64,000 bases of DNA from Laetmonice hystrix. Its lineage: Eukaryota. The position numbers and the translations under genes are program-made. The notes under the pieces are model-generated. The model saw only the letters and a program-made list of their open reading frames with translations. It searched no databases and was not told where the DNA came from. Positions 1 through 13,151 of this stretch are shown here, one piece after another. The DNA lies in NCBI GenBank assembly GCA_965235115.1, contig OZ249436.1, positions 4,588,001 through 4,652,000 on the forward strand. Direction: 5' to 3'. The first letter of the stretch is position 1; the number at the start of each line of letters is the position of its first letter.

Positions 1-673
1 ATCATGGCATATACATCACGTATGTGTATCATCTATCAAAGTGATTGGGTTTTAGAAACCACCCCTATTACACAAGAATGTTTGAACACAAAAGTTCCTC
101 TGATCCTGACAACAGGTCACGCTACATCTACTGAGGAGAGGGTTGATATTAAGAACCATTGTCGGGGTTACTCATCGATCGCCTTTGACAAATACGTGTC
201 CTCCTGAGCTCTGAGAGGACGAGGTATGAACCAATCGGTAATAAATCATTCATTGCTGACACCTAGATCCGACTTGACGAATAGCCTGACCGGGTCGGGT
301 AAATCTGCTATAGGAGAGCGCTCGGTTCTACTCGGAGGTGGGTTGGAGTCTGCCCGGTTATTGGCGATCGGAAGAAGATACGGTTGGCAAGGCATCATGA
401 ACGATGGCTTCCCTTATATGGATTCTCAGTGGTAATCTCCACGAAATTTGGCAGCAAGACCCAGGTCCCTAGCCTCGGGAAGGGTGGGTAAGGGGGCAGC
501 TGCTCCCTGATAATTATTTCCAGCTTTTTTAATGGAATCCCCAACATTATCACTGCTTTGACACCCAGGTGGTACTTGTTCAGGAGGCACTGCCCCCCCC
601 CGCTCCTCCGCGTATTTGGGCCAGGCTATACGACCTTGAGAACTACACATCACTATTCCTAACCCAAACCCAA

Positions 674-1237
674 CCAGGTGACGACCTTTGGTTGCTCCAG
701 GTGGCGACCTTTGGTTGCTCCAGGTGACGACCTTTCGTTGCTCTAGGTGACGACCTTTCGTTGCTCCAGGTGACGACCTTTCGTTGCTCCAGGTGACGAC
801 CTTTCGTTGCTCCAGGTGACGACCTTTGGTTGCTCTAGGTGACGACCTTTCGTTGCTCCAGGTGACGACCGTTGGTTGCTCCAGGTGGCGACCTTTGGTT
901 GCTCCAGGTGACGACCTTTGGTTGCTCCAGGTGACGACTTTTGGTTGCTCCAGGTGGCGACCTTTGGTTGCTCCAGGTGACGACCTTTGGTTGCTCCAGG
1001 TGACGACCTTTTGTTGCTCCAGGTGACGACCTTTGGTTGCTCCAGGTGACGATCTTTGGTTGCTCCAGGTGACGATCTTTCGTTGCCCAGGTGACGACCT
1101 TTGGTTGCTCCAGGTGACGATCTTTGGTTGCTCCAGGTGACGATCTTTCGTTGCCCAGGTGACGACCTTTGGTTGCTCCAGGTGACGACCGTTGGTTGCT
1201 CCAGGTGACGACTTTTCTCTGCTTGTTCCAGGTGACG
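674..1237. repeat. Minisatellite, 23-bp unit CCAGGTGACGACCTTTGGTTGCT, ~23 copies
   Basis: Unit starts at 674 and 697 give a 23-bp period; degenerate last copy to ~1237. Confidence 0.95.
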
Positions 1238-1583
1238 TTTGGTTATAGGATGCCTTTATGAAAGAGTTGTTGCCGTCTGCCGTCGAGGCTTTTAACTCGG
1301 TAGACAGATCGTCCAGTTAACATTGTTCAAAGAACTTTTTCTCTATCGAATGTGACTGTCCCTTTTATAGTGCTCTTCGCTGCCTTTTTGATGTGATCTC
1401 TGGGGGCAGGTGAACATCCGAGAGCCCCTAAAGTAACCGACAGTCTTACATTTCATAGGGGTACCTTTATTAGTGAGTGCCTAAGTGAGTTTATTAGTGC
1501 GTGCCTGAGTGAGTTTATTAGTGAGTGAGTTTATTGGTGAGTGTATGTATGGTATTCTTAGTGGGTGTCTGTGTCAGTGTATT

Positions 1584-3980
1584 AGTGTCTGAGTGGAGTG
1601 AGGCGGGGAGTGTCTGAGTGGGGTGGGGAGTGGGGGTGTCTGAGTGGGGTTGGGAGTGAGTGTCTCAGTGGGGTGGAGTGAGTGTCTCAGTGGGGTGGAG
1701 AGTGTTTGAGTGGAGTGGGGAGTGTCTGAGTGGGGTGGGGAGTGTCTCATTGGGGTGGAGTGAGTGTCTCAGTGGGGTGGGGAGTGTCTCAGTGGGGTGG
1801 GGTGGGGAGTGAGTGTCTGAGTGGGGGTGTGGAGTGGAGAGTGTCTGCGTGGGGTGGGGAGTGTCTCAGTGGGGTGCAGAGTGAGTGTCTGGGTGGGGTG
1901 TGGAGTGTCTGAGTGGAGTGGGAAGTGTCTGAGTGGGGTGGGGAGTGTCTGGGTGGAGTGGGGAGTGTTTGAGTGGAGTGGGGAGTGAGTGAGTGTCTGA
2001 GTGGGGTGTGGAGTGTTTGGGTGGGGTGGGGAGTGTCTGAGTGGGGTGGGGAGTGAGTGAGTGTCTGAGTGGGGTGGGAAGTGAGTGTCTGAGTGGGGTG
2101 GGGAGTGGAGAGTGTCTGCATGGGGTGGGGAGTGTCTGGGTGGGGTGGGGTGGGGAGTGTCTGAGTGGGGTGGAGTGAGTGTCTCAGTGGGGTGGGGAGT
2201 GTCTCAGTGGGGTGGGGTGGGGAGTGAGTGTCTGAGTGGGGGTGTGGAGTGGAGAGTGTCTGCGTGGGGTGGGGAGTGTCTAAGTGGGGTGCAGAGTGAG
2301 TGTCTGGGTGGGGTGTGGAGTGTCTGAGTGGAGTGGGGAGTGTCTGAGTGGGGTGGGGAGTGTCTGAGTGGAGTGGGGCGGGGAGTGTCTGAGTGGAGTG
2401 GGGAGTTTCTGAGTGGGATGAGGAGTGTCTGGGTGGAACGGGGAGTGTTTGAGTGGAGTGGGGAGTGTCTGAGTGGGGTGGAGAGTGGAGAGTGTCTGAG
2501 AGGGGTGGGGAGTGTCTGAGAGGGGTGGAGAGTGTCTGAGAGGGGTGGGGAGTGTCTGAGAGGGGTGGAGAGTGTCTGAGAGGGGTGGGGAGTGTCTGAG
2601 AGGGGTGGGGAGTGTCTGAGAGGGGTGGAGAGTGTCTGAGAGGGGTGGGGAGTGTCTGAGTGGGGTGGGGAGTGTCTGAGTGGGGTGGGGAGTGTCTGAG
2701 AGGGGTGGAGAGTGTCTGAGAGGGGTGGAGAGTGTCTGAGAGGGGTGGAGAGTGTCTGAGAGGGGTGGGGAGTGTCTGAGAGGGGTGGAGAGTGTCTGAG
2801 AGGGGTGGGGAGTGTCTGAGAGGGGTGGGGAGTGTTTGAGTGGAGTGGGAAGTGTCTAAGTGGGGTGGAGAGTGTCTGAGAGGGGTGGGGAGTGTCTGAG
2901 AGGGGGGGTGTCTGAGAGGGGTGGAGAGTGTCTGAGAGGGGTGGGGAGTGTCTGAGTGGGGTGGGGAGTGTCTGAGTGGGGTGGGGAGTGTCTGAGAGGG
3001 GTGGAGAGTGTCTGAGAGGGGTGGAGAGTGTCTGAGAGGGGTGGAGAGTGTCTGAGAGGGGTGGGGAGTGTCTGAGAGGGGTGGAGAGTGTCTGAGAGGG
3101 GTGGGGAGTGTCTGAGAGGGGTGGGGAGTGTCTGAGAGGGGTGGGGAGTGTCTGAGTGGGGTGGGGAGTGTCTGAGAGGGGTGGGGAGTGTCTGAGAGGG
3201 GTGGGGAGTGTCTGAGAGGGGTGGGGAGTGTCTGAGTGGGGTGGGGAGTGTCTGAGTGGGGTGGGGAGTGTCTGAGTGGGGTGGAGAGTGGAGAGTGTCT
3301 GAGAGGGGTGGGGAGTGTCTGGGTGGGGTGGGGAGTGTTTGAGTGGAGTGGGAAGTGTCTGAGAGGGGTGGAGAGTGTCTGAGAGGGGTGGGGAGTGTCT
3401 GGGTGGGGTGGGGAGTGTTTGAGTGGAGTGGGAAGTGTCTAAGTGGGGTGGAGAGTGTCTGAGAGGGGTGGGGAGTGGAGAGTGTCTGAGAGGGGTGGGG
3501 AGTGTCTGAGTGGGGTGAGGAGTGTCTGGGTGGGGTGTGGAGTGTCTGGGTGGAGTGGGGAGGGTTTAAGTGGAGTGGGGAGTGAGTGAGTGTCTGATTG
3601 GGGTGTGGAGTGTCTGAGAGGGGTGGGGAGTGTCTGAGTGGGGTGGAGAGTGGAGAGTGTCTGAGAGGGGTGGGGAGTATCTGAGTGGGGTGGGGAGTGT
3701 CTGAGAGGGGTGGGGAGTGGAGAGTGTCTGAGAGGGGTGGGGAGTGTCTGAGAGGGGTGGGGAGTGTCTGGGTGGGGTGGGGAGTGTTTGGGTGGGGTGG
3801 GGAGTGTCTGAGTGGGGTGGGGAGTGGAGAGTGTCTGAGAGGGGTGGGGAGTATCTGAGTGGGGTGGAGAGTGTCTGAGAGGGGTGGGGAGTGTCTGAGT
3901 GGGGTGGAGAGTGGAGAGTGTCTGAGTGGGGTGGGGAGTGTCTGAGTGAGGTGGGGAGTGGGGTGGGGAGTGTCTGAGTG
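1584..3980 (+). repeat. G-rich minisatellite, ~20-bp unit GAGTGTCTGAG(T/A)GGGGTGG(G/A), ~2.4 kb, with a degenerate AGTGAGT lead-in from ~1470
   Basis: Directly visible strand-asymmetric G-run repeats; explains the PTQTL/PHSDTP ORFs. Confidence 0.95.
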
Positions 3981-4618
3981 AAGTAATCAGTATAGTATTG
4001 TTATTGTAGATGTTTGTGGCCAGAATACAGATCTGGAACGTAATTAATTTTGAGTGGGATAAATTATACATAAAGTTACAAATGCGTCCTTGCTAATTTT
4101 CACAGTAGACTACTTTAAATGCATATGACGTTAAACATGTACATGTAAAGGCCGAGTGCATGGTTGGAAGATAGAAGCCAATGTAATTTAGACCGTAGTT
4201 GAGGACCTTGTTTATTTTTAATAAATATGGATGTAAAGGCAGGTATATGTGCTTCAATATGTAAGCTCTACAATTGACCGAAGCCAAACAAACGGCTCGG
4301 TGGATTAGTGGATCAGGAATATTGATGAACCAGCTCGGGCCGTGGATGCCGTGTCACGGCCGCAGCCGCAGATTCCCATCCACAAATAGTTTACGCATTT
4401 TATTTGAAGAGTAAATGCCGACAACGTCGACAGGGAATGTGATTTAGTCGACGAGAGCACAAGATCAAATCAGAGTGGAGGAGACTGGCGGGGGAGCAGA
4501 GACAACTGGACTTAGAAAAACATCTTGAATGAGGTGTTTGGATGCCAGAGGGGGTTAGTTAATGTAAGGTGGCGGGAAAGGTCAGTGTTGGGACGGCTGA
4601 GGATTTGGCCCCTCCAAC

Positions 4619-5107
4619 TGTAGTTGGAGCCCCTAATATTCTCTACTTGGGGTCCCTAATATTCTCTAGTTGGAGCCCCTAATATTCTCTAGTTGGGGAC
4701 CCTAATATTCTGTAGTTGGGGCCACTAATATTCTGTAGTTGGGGCCCCTAATATTCTCTAGTTGGGGTCCCTAATATTCTGTAGATATTATGTATAGTTG
4801 GGTCCCTAATATTGTGTAGTTGGGGCCCCTAATATTCTGTAGTTGGGGTCCCTAATATTCTGTAGTTGGGGCCACTAATATTCTGTAGTTGGAGCCCCTA
4901 GTATTCTCTAGTTGGGGTCCCGTATATTCTGTAGGTGAGGGTCCCTAATATTATGTAGTTGGGTCCTTAATATTGTGTAGTTGGGGTCCCTAATATTCTG
5001 TAGTTGGAGCCCCTAATATTCTGTAGTTGGGGCACCTAATATTCTGTAGTTGGGGCCCCTAATATTAAGCAGTTGGGGCGCCTAATATTATGTAGTTGGG
5101 GTTCCTA
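4619..5107. repeat. Minisatellite, 23-bp unit TAGTTGGGGCCCCTAATATTCTG, ~21 copies
   Basis: 23-bp period visible from 4621. Confidence 0.95.
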
Positions 5108-5680
5108 CCCCCTATATACTCGACAGTGAAAGTCATTGCTTAACCCTGCTTTCCGATGGCAATGTCAAGCACCATCAAAACGTAGTCATTGATGTAGAAA
5201 TCTAAAAGAAAACACGGATCGCCAGAAGTTATGGAGACGCCAGAGACTGGGCCGGAACTGGGGCGGTGTATGGGCCGAGCACCGCCCACCACTTCTCATA
5301 ACACCAGGCCGACGTCCCCTAGCTGGTGCCTCCAGAACCTGGACAATGAAAGTTTAAAGGGATCACACCAAACGTTTTGTGCAGAGTCCCAGTTTCCTAC
5401 ATTTTTACACTGCGCGAATATATATTAAACTGAATTTAAAACTACACCAAGCTTACGTTATAATCGATGTAGTTTTAACATAAATATCGACACAAAAACC
5501 AGACAAGCGGATGACTATTTTTTTTATCCCAGGAGCAAAATGTAATTGATTGTTATTATTTGGAGAGTCTCCATATTACCGGTACCTTCAATAAATAGAG
5601 TACATTTGTACTGGGTTATGGTCACATCGATGTACTTTATACAAATGTTTGGCTGAGGTAGAAATGCTACTACCAGATTA

Positions 5681-5946
5681 AGTCTGTTCGCTCTAAGAAG
5701 AGCTCAAGCATATTCATGACCCTCCCGCCCCACTCCTCCAGCGTGTCTAATAACAGGCCGCGGGCCGCAACGGCTGCCCGCGGGAGGATGTAAACCTGGG
5801 GTGAGCACTCCATTTGTGGTAATACATGTACTTGAGTGACAGGCGGTGACGACTTGTGATACGCCAGCTGTGGGTAGACGGGAGGAGGGGGCAGGTCACA
5901 GCTTATAATGAGGCCGAGGTCAAGCTCTTCTTAGAGCGAACAGACT
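5681..5946. mobile_element. MITE with 24-bp perfect TIRs
   Basis: AGTCTGTTCGCTCTAAGAAGAGCT (5681-5704) is the reverse complement of 5923-5946; no clean TSD, so superfamily is uncertain. Confidence 0.8.
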
Positions 5947-6774
5947 TGTATATTTAATGTATTTGCAGGTCATCAGTAAACTTCATTATTATTACTAAAC
6001 CAGAAGGAAGTTTAAGCACCAAAAGTCCATGAGCTTCAGGGTTCTTTAAAAGTCACCATAGAAAATGTATGACATCCAAGATGATTTTTTTTTCAACCGT
6101 TAAGTGTGCAGTATAAGGAAACGTATGGTATATCACTTACAGGGAGCATACAGTTCAGTGATGTCGGAAACGGGGGGAGGGTCACAGGGTCCATGCCCCT
6201 CCACCCACACACACCCACACACACCCACCCACACACACACCAAAGAAACTGGGGCGGGCTAGGTTCCTCCCACGATTCCTGTCTCAGTGGGCCTATAGAG
6301 GGTTGAGTTCTGGCCCTTTCACCGCTGCCATGCACACAACCAAAAATTCTCCTGGAACAGGGCCTAGTTGCCCCCCCCCCCCCCCCACCAAAAATTTGCT
6401 TTCGACATCACCATAATACGACAAGGTACAACCAGCTCGGTAGTTGCAGTGCTTGCTGGTGGTTCATGGGTCTCACTGCCCACTTACATAATCTTTGTGG
6501 GTCAGTGAGTAGCAGAACAGAAGACAGAACAATAGAGCGTCTTACAATAGGCCTTGCGACTAACACCCTAATTTGCATATCAAATAACCCAAGACATGCA
6601 CACGTGACTGCAATATGGAGAGGGCACTGACCACAAATTTGCTGTGTGATTTTCAAAATATCTGTTTATGTTCATTAAAATAAATTTTACAGACGTAAAA
6701 TGTCTATCAAAATGTGGGTTTAATCCTTACATAAGAGGTGTAGTACTTGAATACTTTTAATTTCGGCGGAACTT

Positions 6775-7200
6775 TGTGTTTATCCTAGCATAACGTTAAG
6801 TGTATGTGCACACCCTTTCTGTGGTCCTCGAACTGGAGGGGGATATATAAAGCAAATGCCACCACTGTAGTAATGTAGGGAACTGTGAGGCACCGGTCTC
6901 CACGTTCGGTCGTAGTCTGGAAACAGACGCTGTTGAAAACCTGACAGTACGAAGAGTTCGGCTCGGTTGGTATGTGTCCACTTGGAGAGGTGAGGGTGTA
7001 ACTCGGCGATAAGTGTGACACGACTCTTCTAAAGGGATCTAGCAATAGAACCCGTACCCCGTCAGTGGGATCAATCTGCGGCAAGGTTCCAAACCAGTTG
7101 ACTCTCAATGGGCTATCGTGTGTCTCCAGACGCCAGATCTTCGAACGGTAGGACTTGGACCAGCCATTAAGTCCAGTTTCATTTTTTAAAAGTATTTTCA
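6775..7200 (+). mobile_element. Dispersed LTR-like element, copy A, with a structured core
   Basis: Homologous to 26557-27011. Shares TATATAAAGC (6844 / 26625), an identical 21-bp block (6900-6920 / 26750-26770) and an identical 27-bp block (7127-7153 / 26969-26995). Ends near ATTAAG...GTTTCA. Solo-LTR identity is inference. Confidence 0.55.
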
Positions 7201-7393
7201 ATTTTTAGTTATTCTAAACTCTCCAGTCGCCTATTATACCTGGAACCACTCTAGCCCCAGAATCTGACATTATTGGCATTTGGTCTGATATGAATTTGCA
7301 AACATGCAGGTATAGCTATATCGGAAATAGTTAGAATTTTTCTAACATAAGATTTAATTGGTTCCCTTTCAAGTTTTATTGGGCACAGCTACA

Positions 7394-7612
7394 TACTTTA
7401 ATCCTCCACGTACCTGTCCTATTCCATAGTGCATCACATTTCTAACAGCTCAGCATGTCCTATTCCAAATGTGACAGATACATGACCTGGTTTTGATAGG
7501 GCTCTTCTGTTATCGGTTGTTTCCCCCGACCAATGTAGTACCTTTTCCGACTTAGACAATTTTCGGCCACTTCGGGAATAGGACAAGTAGGCCTAAGTGG
7601 GGGATTAAGGTA
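7394..7612. mobile_element. TA-flanked MITE, copy 1 (TIR TA-CCTTAATCCCCCAC...CCTGTCCTATTCCC)
   Basis: Ends are imperfect inverted repeats; interior is clearly homologous to 17240-17450. Confidence 0.75.
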
Positions 7613-7893
7613 TTTAAAACATGATGCCTGCGCCAGCGTGTGACTCGAACGGTTCCCTCTCCTGCTGTATAACGTGTACTCGACCACAAACTGATGATCA
7701 TGACGTGTTTGACTCTGCACGTGGATGTCCTGCTAGCCGTGACCGGACCGGACCGTCACAACTCGCACGTCATGTGTCGTCATAACAAACCCAAGCATTC
7801 ATAAATCATCGTTTAGTTCCTCTTGGTGGAACCGCCGCCCGTCCGGGATCTCCGCTAGGGGGACCAGCTTGCTATCGTAGGTCTACATTACAG

Positions 7894-8174
7894 CACTTGG
7901 CGGATCCAGGATTTGGTAAAGGGGGCTAAGCGCAAATTTTGTTAAGGGGGGGGGGGCGCAAAAAGTCAATCACAGATCATTTCATTATATATTCATTTCC
8001 TCCTAAAAAGTAGATCACATTAATAAAAGGCTGTAGTTTCAGTCTGGGTATCAATGGCCTATCTCTGAAAATATCCTGTTTTGTTCTTTTCAAAAGACAA
8101 ACAATGTATCTTGCGACGGCCAGAATGGGGGCGCCCCTGTGCCCCTGCTCCACCCCCCCCCCCATCCCCCACTG
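7894..8174. mobile_element. Degenerate GGCGGATCCA-type (hAT-like) MITE
   Basis: Starts CACTTGGCGGATCCAGG, carries GGGGCGCCCCTGTGCCCC and ends CCCCCACTG; same style as 13152-13486; TIRs decayed. Confidence 0.4.
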
Positions 8175-8694
8175 CATTGTGTTCGGTGATGACGTCTGCA
8201 AATCCTATCAGAATTCGTGAAGGTTGTCAATATCGTCCTCGATCACGTCAATGTGATTTCAGTGGCTGAATGTTAGCATCTGGCCGGGTCCCATTCCACG
8301 TGTGGCCGCCATTTCATATGGGATTCCCCCCGACCTGCCCGTGCCGTTTTATTACTAATCTGATCTAGATTTGTGGAATGTATACAACCTAGACGGTGGC
8401 AGACAACATCGCATTACATTTCTCGGAAACGTGCTGGTGCATTTTTGGTCAGTCGCCAACGATGGTTACCAAAGCCATCGCTCCTAACCCAGCGTCTGCG
8501 TCAGTGTCAATATATATACGCGCCTGAGGATTCCCATTTGAGTAGGTTTCCTTTTAGCGGATCGTACACGAGTGACTATAGGGTTCCCATTACACCGCAG
8601 ACTTTCTACTCATCATTTACATTTGACATTTTTACATTGCTTTCTGTGAACAGGATAACATTCTATTTTACCTTTTTATCTTTTTTACCCTTAA

Positions 8695-9087
8695 AGGGAA
8701 GGTAGAACACGATATGGTGCAGAAAGTATTGAAAAATATCTCTACCTCTTATATGATCACATGTTTGTTGGTCAATATATTACAGAAAAAATAGTCATCT
8801 TATGTCCTTAATTAGATACAAACATCATCGTTTTTCTTTCGATTAATGAACAAAACAAACTCGGTAAAGACAATCGTCGTTTTCATTTCAATAGAAATTA
8901 TCCGAATTTGCCCGCAGATTTCACCAGGAAATAAACCAACAATGAAGTAATTAGTGACAAATTCGCCAGGAAATAAACCAACAATGAAGTAATTAGTGAT
9001 AGCTTTCTATAATTAATGACACCAAGTATCGTATTAATGTGTTTTAAGAATGCTGATTTCAGAATTTTTTGCTAGTTTACCTTCACT
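8695..9087. mobile_element. Kolobok-type MITE
   Basis: TTAA|AGGGAAGGTAGAAC ... GTTTACCTTCACT|TTAA; TTAA on both sides with AG...CT termini; internal ~38-bp duplication near 8920-9000. Confidence 0.7.
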
Positions 9088-9413
9088 TTAATACAAATGA
9101 AATGGGGGTTTCCATGATAAACCTGTTTTTATGAAGACCGGGAGGTGTTAACAGCGGTACGTTAACACCTGCTTTTCTAACACTCGCCTCCCCCCCCCCA
9201 GGGATACCATTAAGTGGCACAAAAAAAACCTTTTAACGAATGCACCTCGTAGGGCTCTCAAATTAACGTTATCAGACTAGGAAGGCAGCCGGAATCGATA
9301 TCATTCCAAACAGATAAAAGGTTACAACATAGGCTGAACATAAACACATTGCAACTTTAAAAAAAAAACCATCTTCCAATACATTTCGTGGCATGCGTGC
9401 GAAATGTTGTCAG

Positions 9414-9601
9414 TTATTAACTTGCTACAGGTCGCCGTGTTGTTCTCCCGGTAGACGGCCAGCCCCACTGATTATTAACTTGTCACAGGTCGCCGTGTTG
9501 TTCTCCCGGTAGACGGCCAGCCCCACTGATTATTAACTTGCTCCAGGTCGCCGTGTTGTTCTCCCGGTAGACGGCCAGCCCCGCTGATTATTAACTTGCT
9601 A
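9414..9601. repeat. 58-bp tandem repeat, ~3.2 copies
   Basis: TTATTAACTTG...CAGGTCGCCGTGTTGTTCTCCCGGTAGACGGCCAGCCCC recurs at 9414, 9472 and 9530. Confidence 0.95.
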
Positions 9602-10058
9602 GAAATTATTATTATTATCGTAAAGAATGTACTAACGAATCCCGGAGCAACGGGGACTCCTTTCTCTAGCCTCTCAGAAGTCTGGGAGCTGTCTGGGTCA
9701 ACAAGCCGTGCATGGTGCTAATTGACGGCCGCCGTTTGAGTAGGCGCCCGGAGCCTCAGTTTGGTAGAACTTCAAGATGTCCTTGTGTCTGCTTGAAACA
9801 GTTCCGGTCTGCCCGCCAGGGGCCTCTGGACGGTGCCTTGGGACGCAGGGCTGACTAATGAAGTGGCCACAGCTGCTGTCTGCCAACCACAATCTGTTCA
9901 AGACCTCAAGGTTTCTCATTTACAGCCTCACCTTCCTAACACCCCCTCCCCTCAGTGGCATATTCAAGAGGGCTGACCAAACTACCCCATCATCTCCGCC
10001 ACCAGTTGCAAAATACTGCTCAGCCCCTGCTCCTCAATACGTACTCAGAAAGAGCGGG

Positions 10059-10249
10059 AGAGAGAGAGAGAGAGAGGGAGAGAGAGAGAGATACAGACAG
10101 ACAGACAGACAGACAGACATACCGACAGATATACAGACAGGCTCACCGTCCATGCATTTCATCAAAGTGAGACTGGGAGAGGGATGCCCTGCGTGTTGAG
10201 AGATAGAGAGGGGGAGGAGAGAGGGAGAGAGAGGAAAAGCGGGGGAGGG

Positions 10250-10306
<57 letters not shown>
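10059..10306. repeat. (GA)n and (GACA)n microsatellites
   Basis: Directly visible at ~10059-10140 and ~10200-10306. Confidence 0.95.
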
Positions 10307-10309
<3 letters not shown>

Positions 10310-10357
10310 TGCATGGGTGTTGGTATTTTTACGCTGTGTCGACCAGCAAGGTCATCT

Positions 10358-10921
10358 CTGCAGAGAAACATGGTGAGCATTATGATAGGTGGATAGCGGA
10401 TTTATTATCTCCCGGGTCCCTGCAGAGAAACATGGTGAGCATTATGATAGGTGGATAGCGGATTTATTGTCTCCCGGGTCGCTGCAGAGAAACATGGTGA
10501 GCATTATGATAGGTGGATAGCGGATTTATTGTCTCCCGGGTCGCTGCAGAGAAACATGGTGAGCATTATTATGATAGGTGGATAGCGGATTTATTGTCTC
10601 CCGGGTCGCTGCAGAGAAACATGGTGGGCATTATGATAGGTGGATAGCGGATTTATTGTCTCCCGGGTCGCTGCAGAGAAACATGGTGAGCATTATGATA
10701 GGTGGATAGCGGATTTATTGTCTCCCAGGTCGCTGCAGAGAAACATGGTGAGCATTATGATAGGTGGATAGCGGATTTATTGTCTCCCAGGTCGCTGCAG
10801 AGAAACATGGTGAGCATTATGATAGGTGGATAGCGGATTTATTGTCTCCCGGGTCGCTGCAGAGAAACATGGTGGGCATTATGATAGGTGGATAGCGGAT
10901 TTATTGTCTCCCGGGTCCCTG
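10358..10921. repeat. Minisatellite, 62-bp unit, 9 copies
   Basis: CTGCAGAGAAACATGGTGAGCATTATGATAGGTGGATAGCGGATTTATTGTCTCCCGGGTCG; period 62 (10681 to 10743). Confidence 0.97.
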
Positions 10922-13151
10922 AACTAAAAGGATCAGTATAAAGGCATTCTCAGGCTTAAAGACAAAGTGTTTTGACACGCTGTTTTGGCTTACTTTATTG
11001 TTTCCATTCTAAACTTTAATTTATAGCACGCCTGTTTTCCCTGCAGTATTAAACACTGCCAGAATCAATACAACAGTATCAAACACGGACAGCCTCGTCA
11101 GTTTGTGCGTAGCTTAATAAAGGAAACAACAATCATAAATCTCATTAAGAATTCAGATACTCAGCTCTTATACTCTTTTAAACAAGCATCGAATGATGAA
11201 TCTGAGAGGACGGATTCTAAAATTCAGAAAGAATGCTACAAACTGACAGCTTGGGGGCCAAGTGTCCTTACAACTTGCAAATCTCTATAAAATTATGGCT
11301 TTCAAACACTTTAATTAGCAATTCTAAAGTACAACTTATATGTTTTTATAGACCGGCCATTACACAATATTTTTATGAAGGCGTGCTTGATGACTGACTA
11401 TTATATTCCATTCACTTCAGGAATAAAGGCATACCTTGAACGCCCTTTTTCTGGAACATATCATTTGTATGACATTACAACAATCATCAAATATAGGCTA
11501 CGGCGTTCTCATTCGATCCTCTTTTTAAGGCCAGACCCTAATTGTGTTGGTGATATCTGCCGCATATACCCCCCCCCCCCCCCCCCAATCCGCTCCGACA
11601 TCGCCCGCGTTCACTGCTATTTAAATAGCGGGCCTTGAGACCCTCAGTAACCGTACCTCAGGCATTGCCCTATGCACCGGCTGACAGATTGCCCAAGAGG
11701 GACGAGCAGTGACGTCCTGTCCGCTAAGGACCACGTGATTAGCTCTTAGCTGACGATCACGTGATCCTCTCGGACGCCTGCCTCCTTTTGTCCTCGGGAA
11801 ACCTCGGCAGTGGCCGTCGATAGGAAGGTCTCTTTATATGCCTGTTATCATTGTCTACCGACTTCAGCTGCATCTAGCCGCAAGCTAAACGCTGATATAG
11901 ATCGAGGTTAAACTCCCCAAGATGATTCTAGTTCAAACGGAGCTATGGAGAGAGAAAAAAACACGTTAACTCCTCAGAAAAACACCCTCTATACCCCGAG
12001 TGCAGTTATCGGCCAAGTGTTGTAGGCGTTCTGAGTCTGGAGTGACCAGGAAACCTATCAAAGTGTGATGGAACCCACCAATTTCAAGCCCGTTTAGCTG
12101 AAATGAGGCGTTTCAGGGGAGGTCAATCATCCTTTAGTATTTCGAGTCACTTCGGTTGGATCCCGACTAGACGTTGTTCCAGCGACATTCATAGAGGAGG
12201 GCCGCTATAGAGATTAAAATCTTGCACGAAATCTGAGAACCGGTTGCCATAGCCAGACGTAAGGTTATCACCCAACTGCAAGGTGTGGGTTGTCGGAAAC
12301 TAGGCTGGGCCTGTGGCTGCTGGGCTCTCACTCTCCATCTTCATACCTGTCAGGTGTTTAGAAACGTATATTAATGGGATGCTTTGTGAAAATTGTAAAG
12401 GTTTGAGAAAAAAGAATTCCAACCCATTACCCTTTCCAACCCTACCCTTTGGAAATCATAGGGGCGTCTCTGAATAATATTGTCAACTGATATTTTGGCA
12501 TATTTTTCGCAACGTGGACTTTATAAATATGGTCTTTCCCTGGCAGTGCACTGCGCGCACTCGAACACCGCCCCAAACTCTAATGGCCAGATATCGTTCT
12601 GCCAAGCTGACTCGGTATCTAGGTGCACTGGATAAAACCTTTTCACAGCCAGTGCCCGGTTATAAAAGAGTAGGACCCCTTGGGGAGGTTACTCAGCTGA
12701 TCAGAGGACGGCCTCCAACCGCCTGCCCTGATCGTACCAGCTGTGCCCTCTACTGGTTCTTCTCCCATGGTAATAATAGCGCGAAATTCTAAGTACTGGT
12801 TTCTGCAATGGGCGAGGATAGAGATCAGTTGGGGGGGGGGGGGGGGGAGTCGGGGGAGGGGGTTAGGGTTAAACTTGAGGTCAAATAAATAATTTATTTT
12901 TAGTCGATACTACTAAACGTCGTGACGATGTTACTACTACCTATGGATAATGAGATCTGAAATGGTATACGCCACCGTACTACTCCTCACCCTCCAGGCA
13001 CAGTCCAGCAGGTCCCGGCGGACCCACTGATAAAACTTCAACCCTATACTTGCCCGGTGATATTGATTCATATTTTGTTTCCCTGATGAACGTGGCCCGC
13101 GACTGCCCACACCGACACGTCCGATCACGGATGGCGACTGTCGTGGTATAG

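Noticed and set aside
426-653. 75-aa minus-strand ORF
   Set aside because: No recognisable domain or partner exon; kept only as possible TE debris
6900-7153. Group I intron or hammerhead ribozyme identity for the structured element
   Set aside because: No CUGANGA/GAAA core; CAGACUA and UAGUC occur in the wrong order or strand for group I P7
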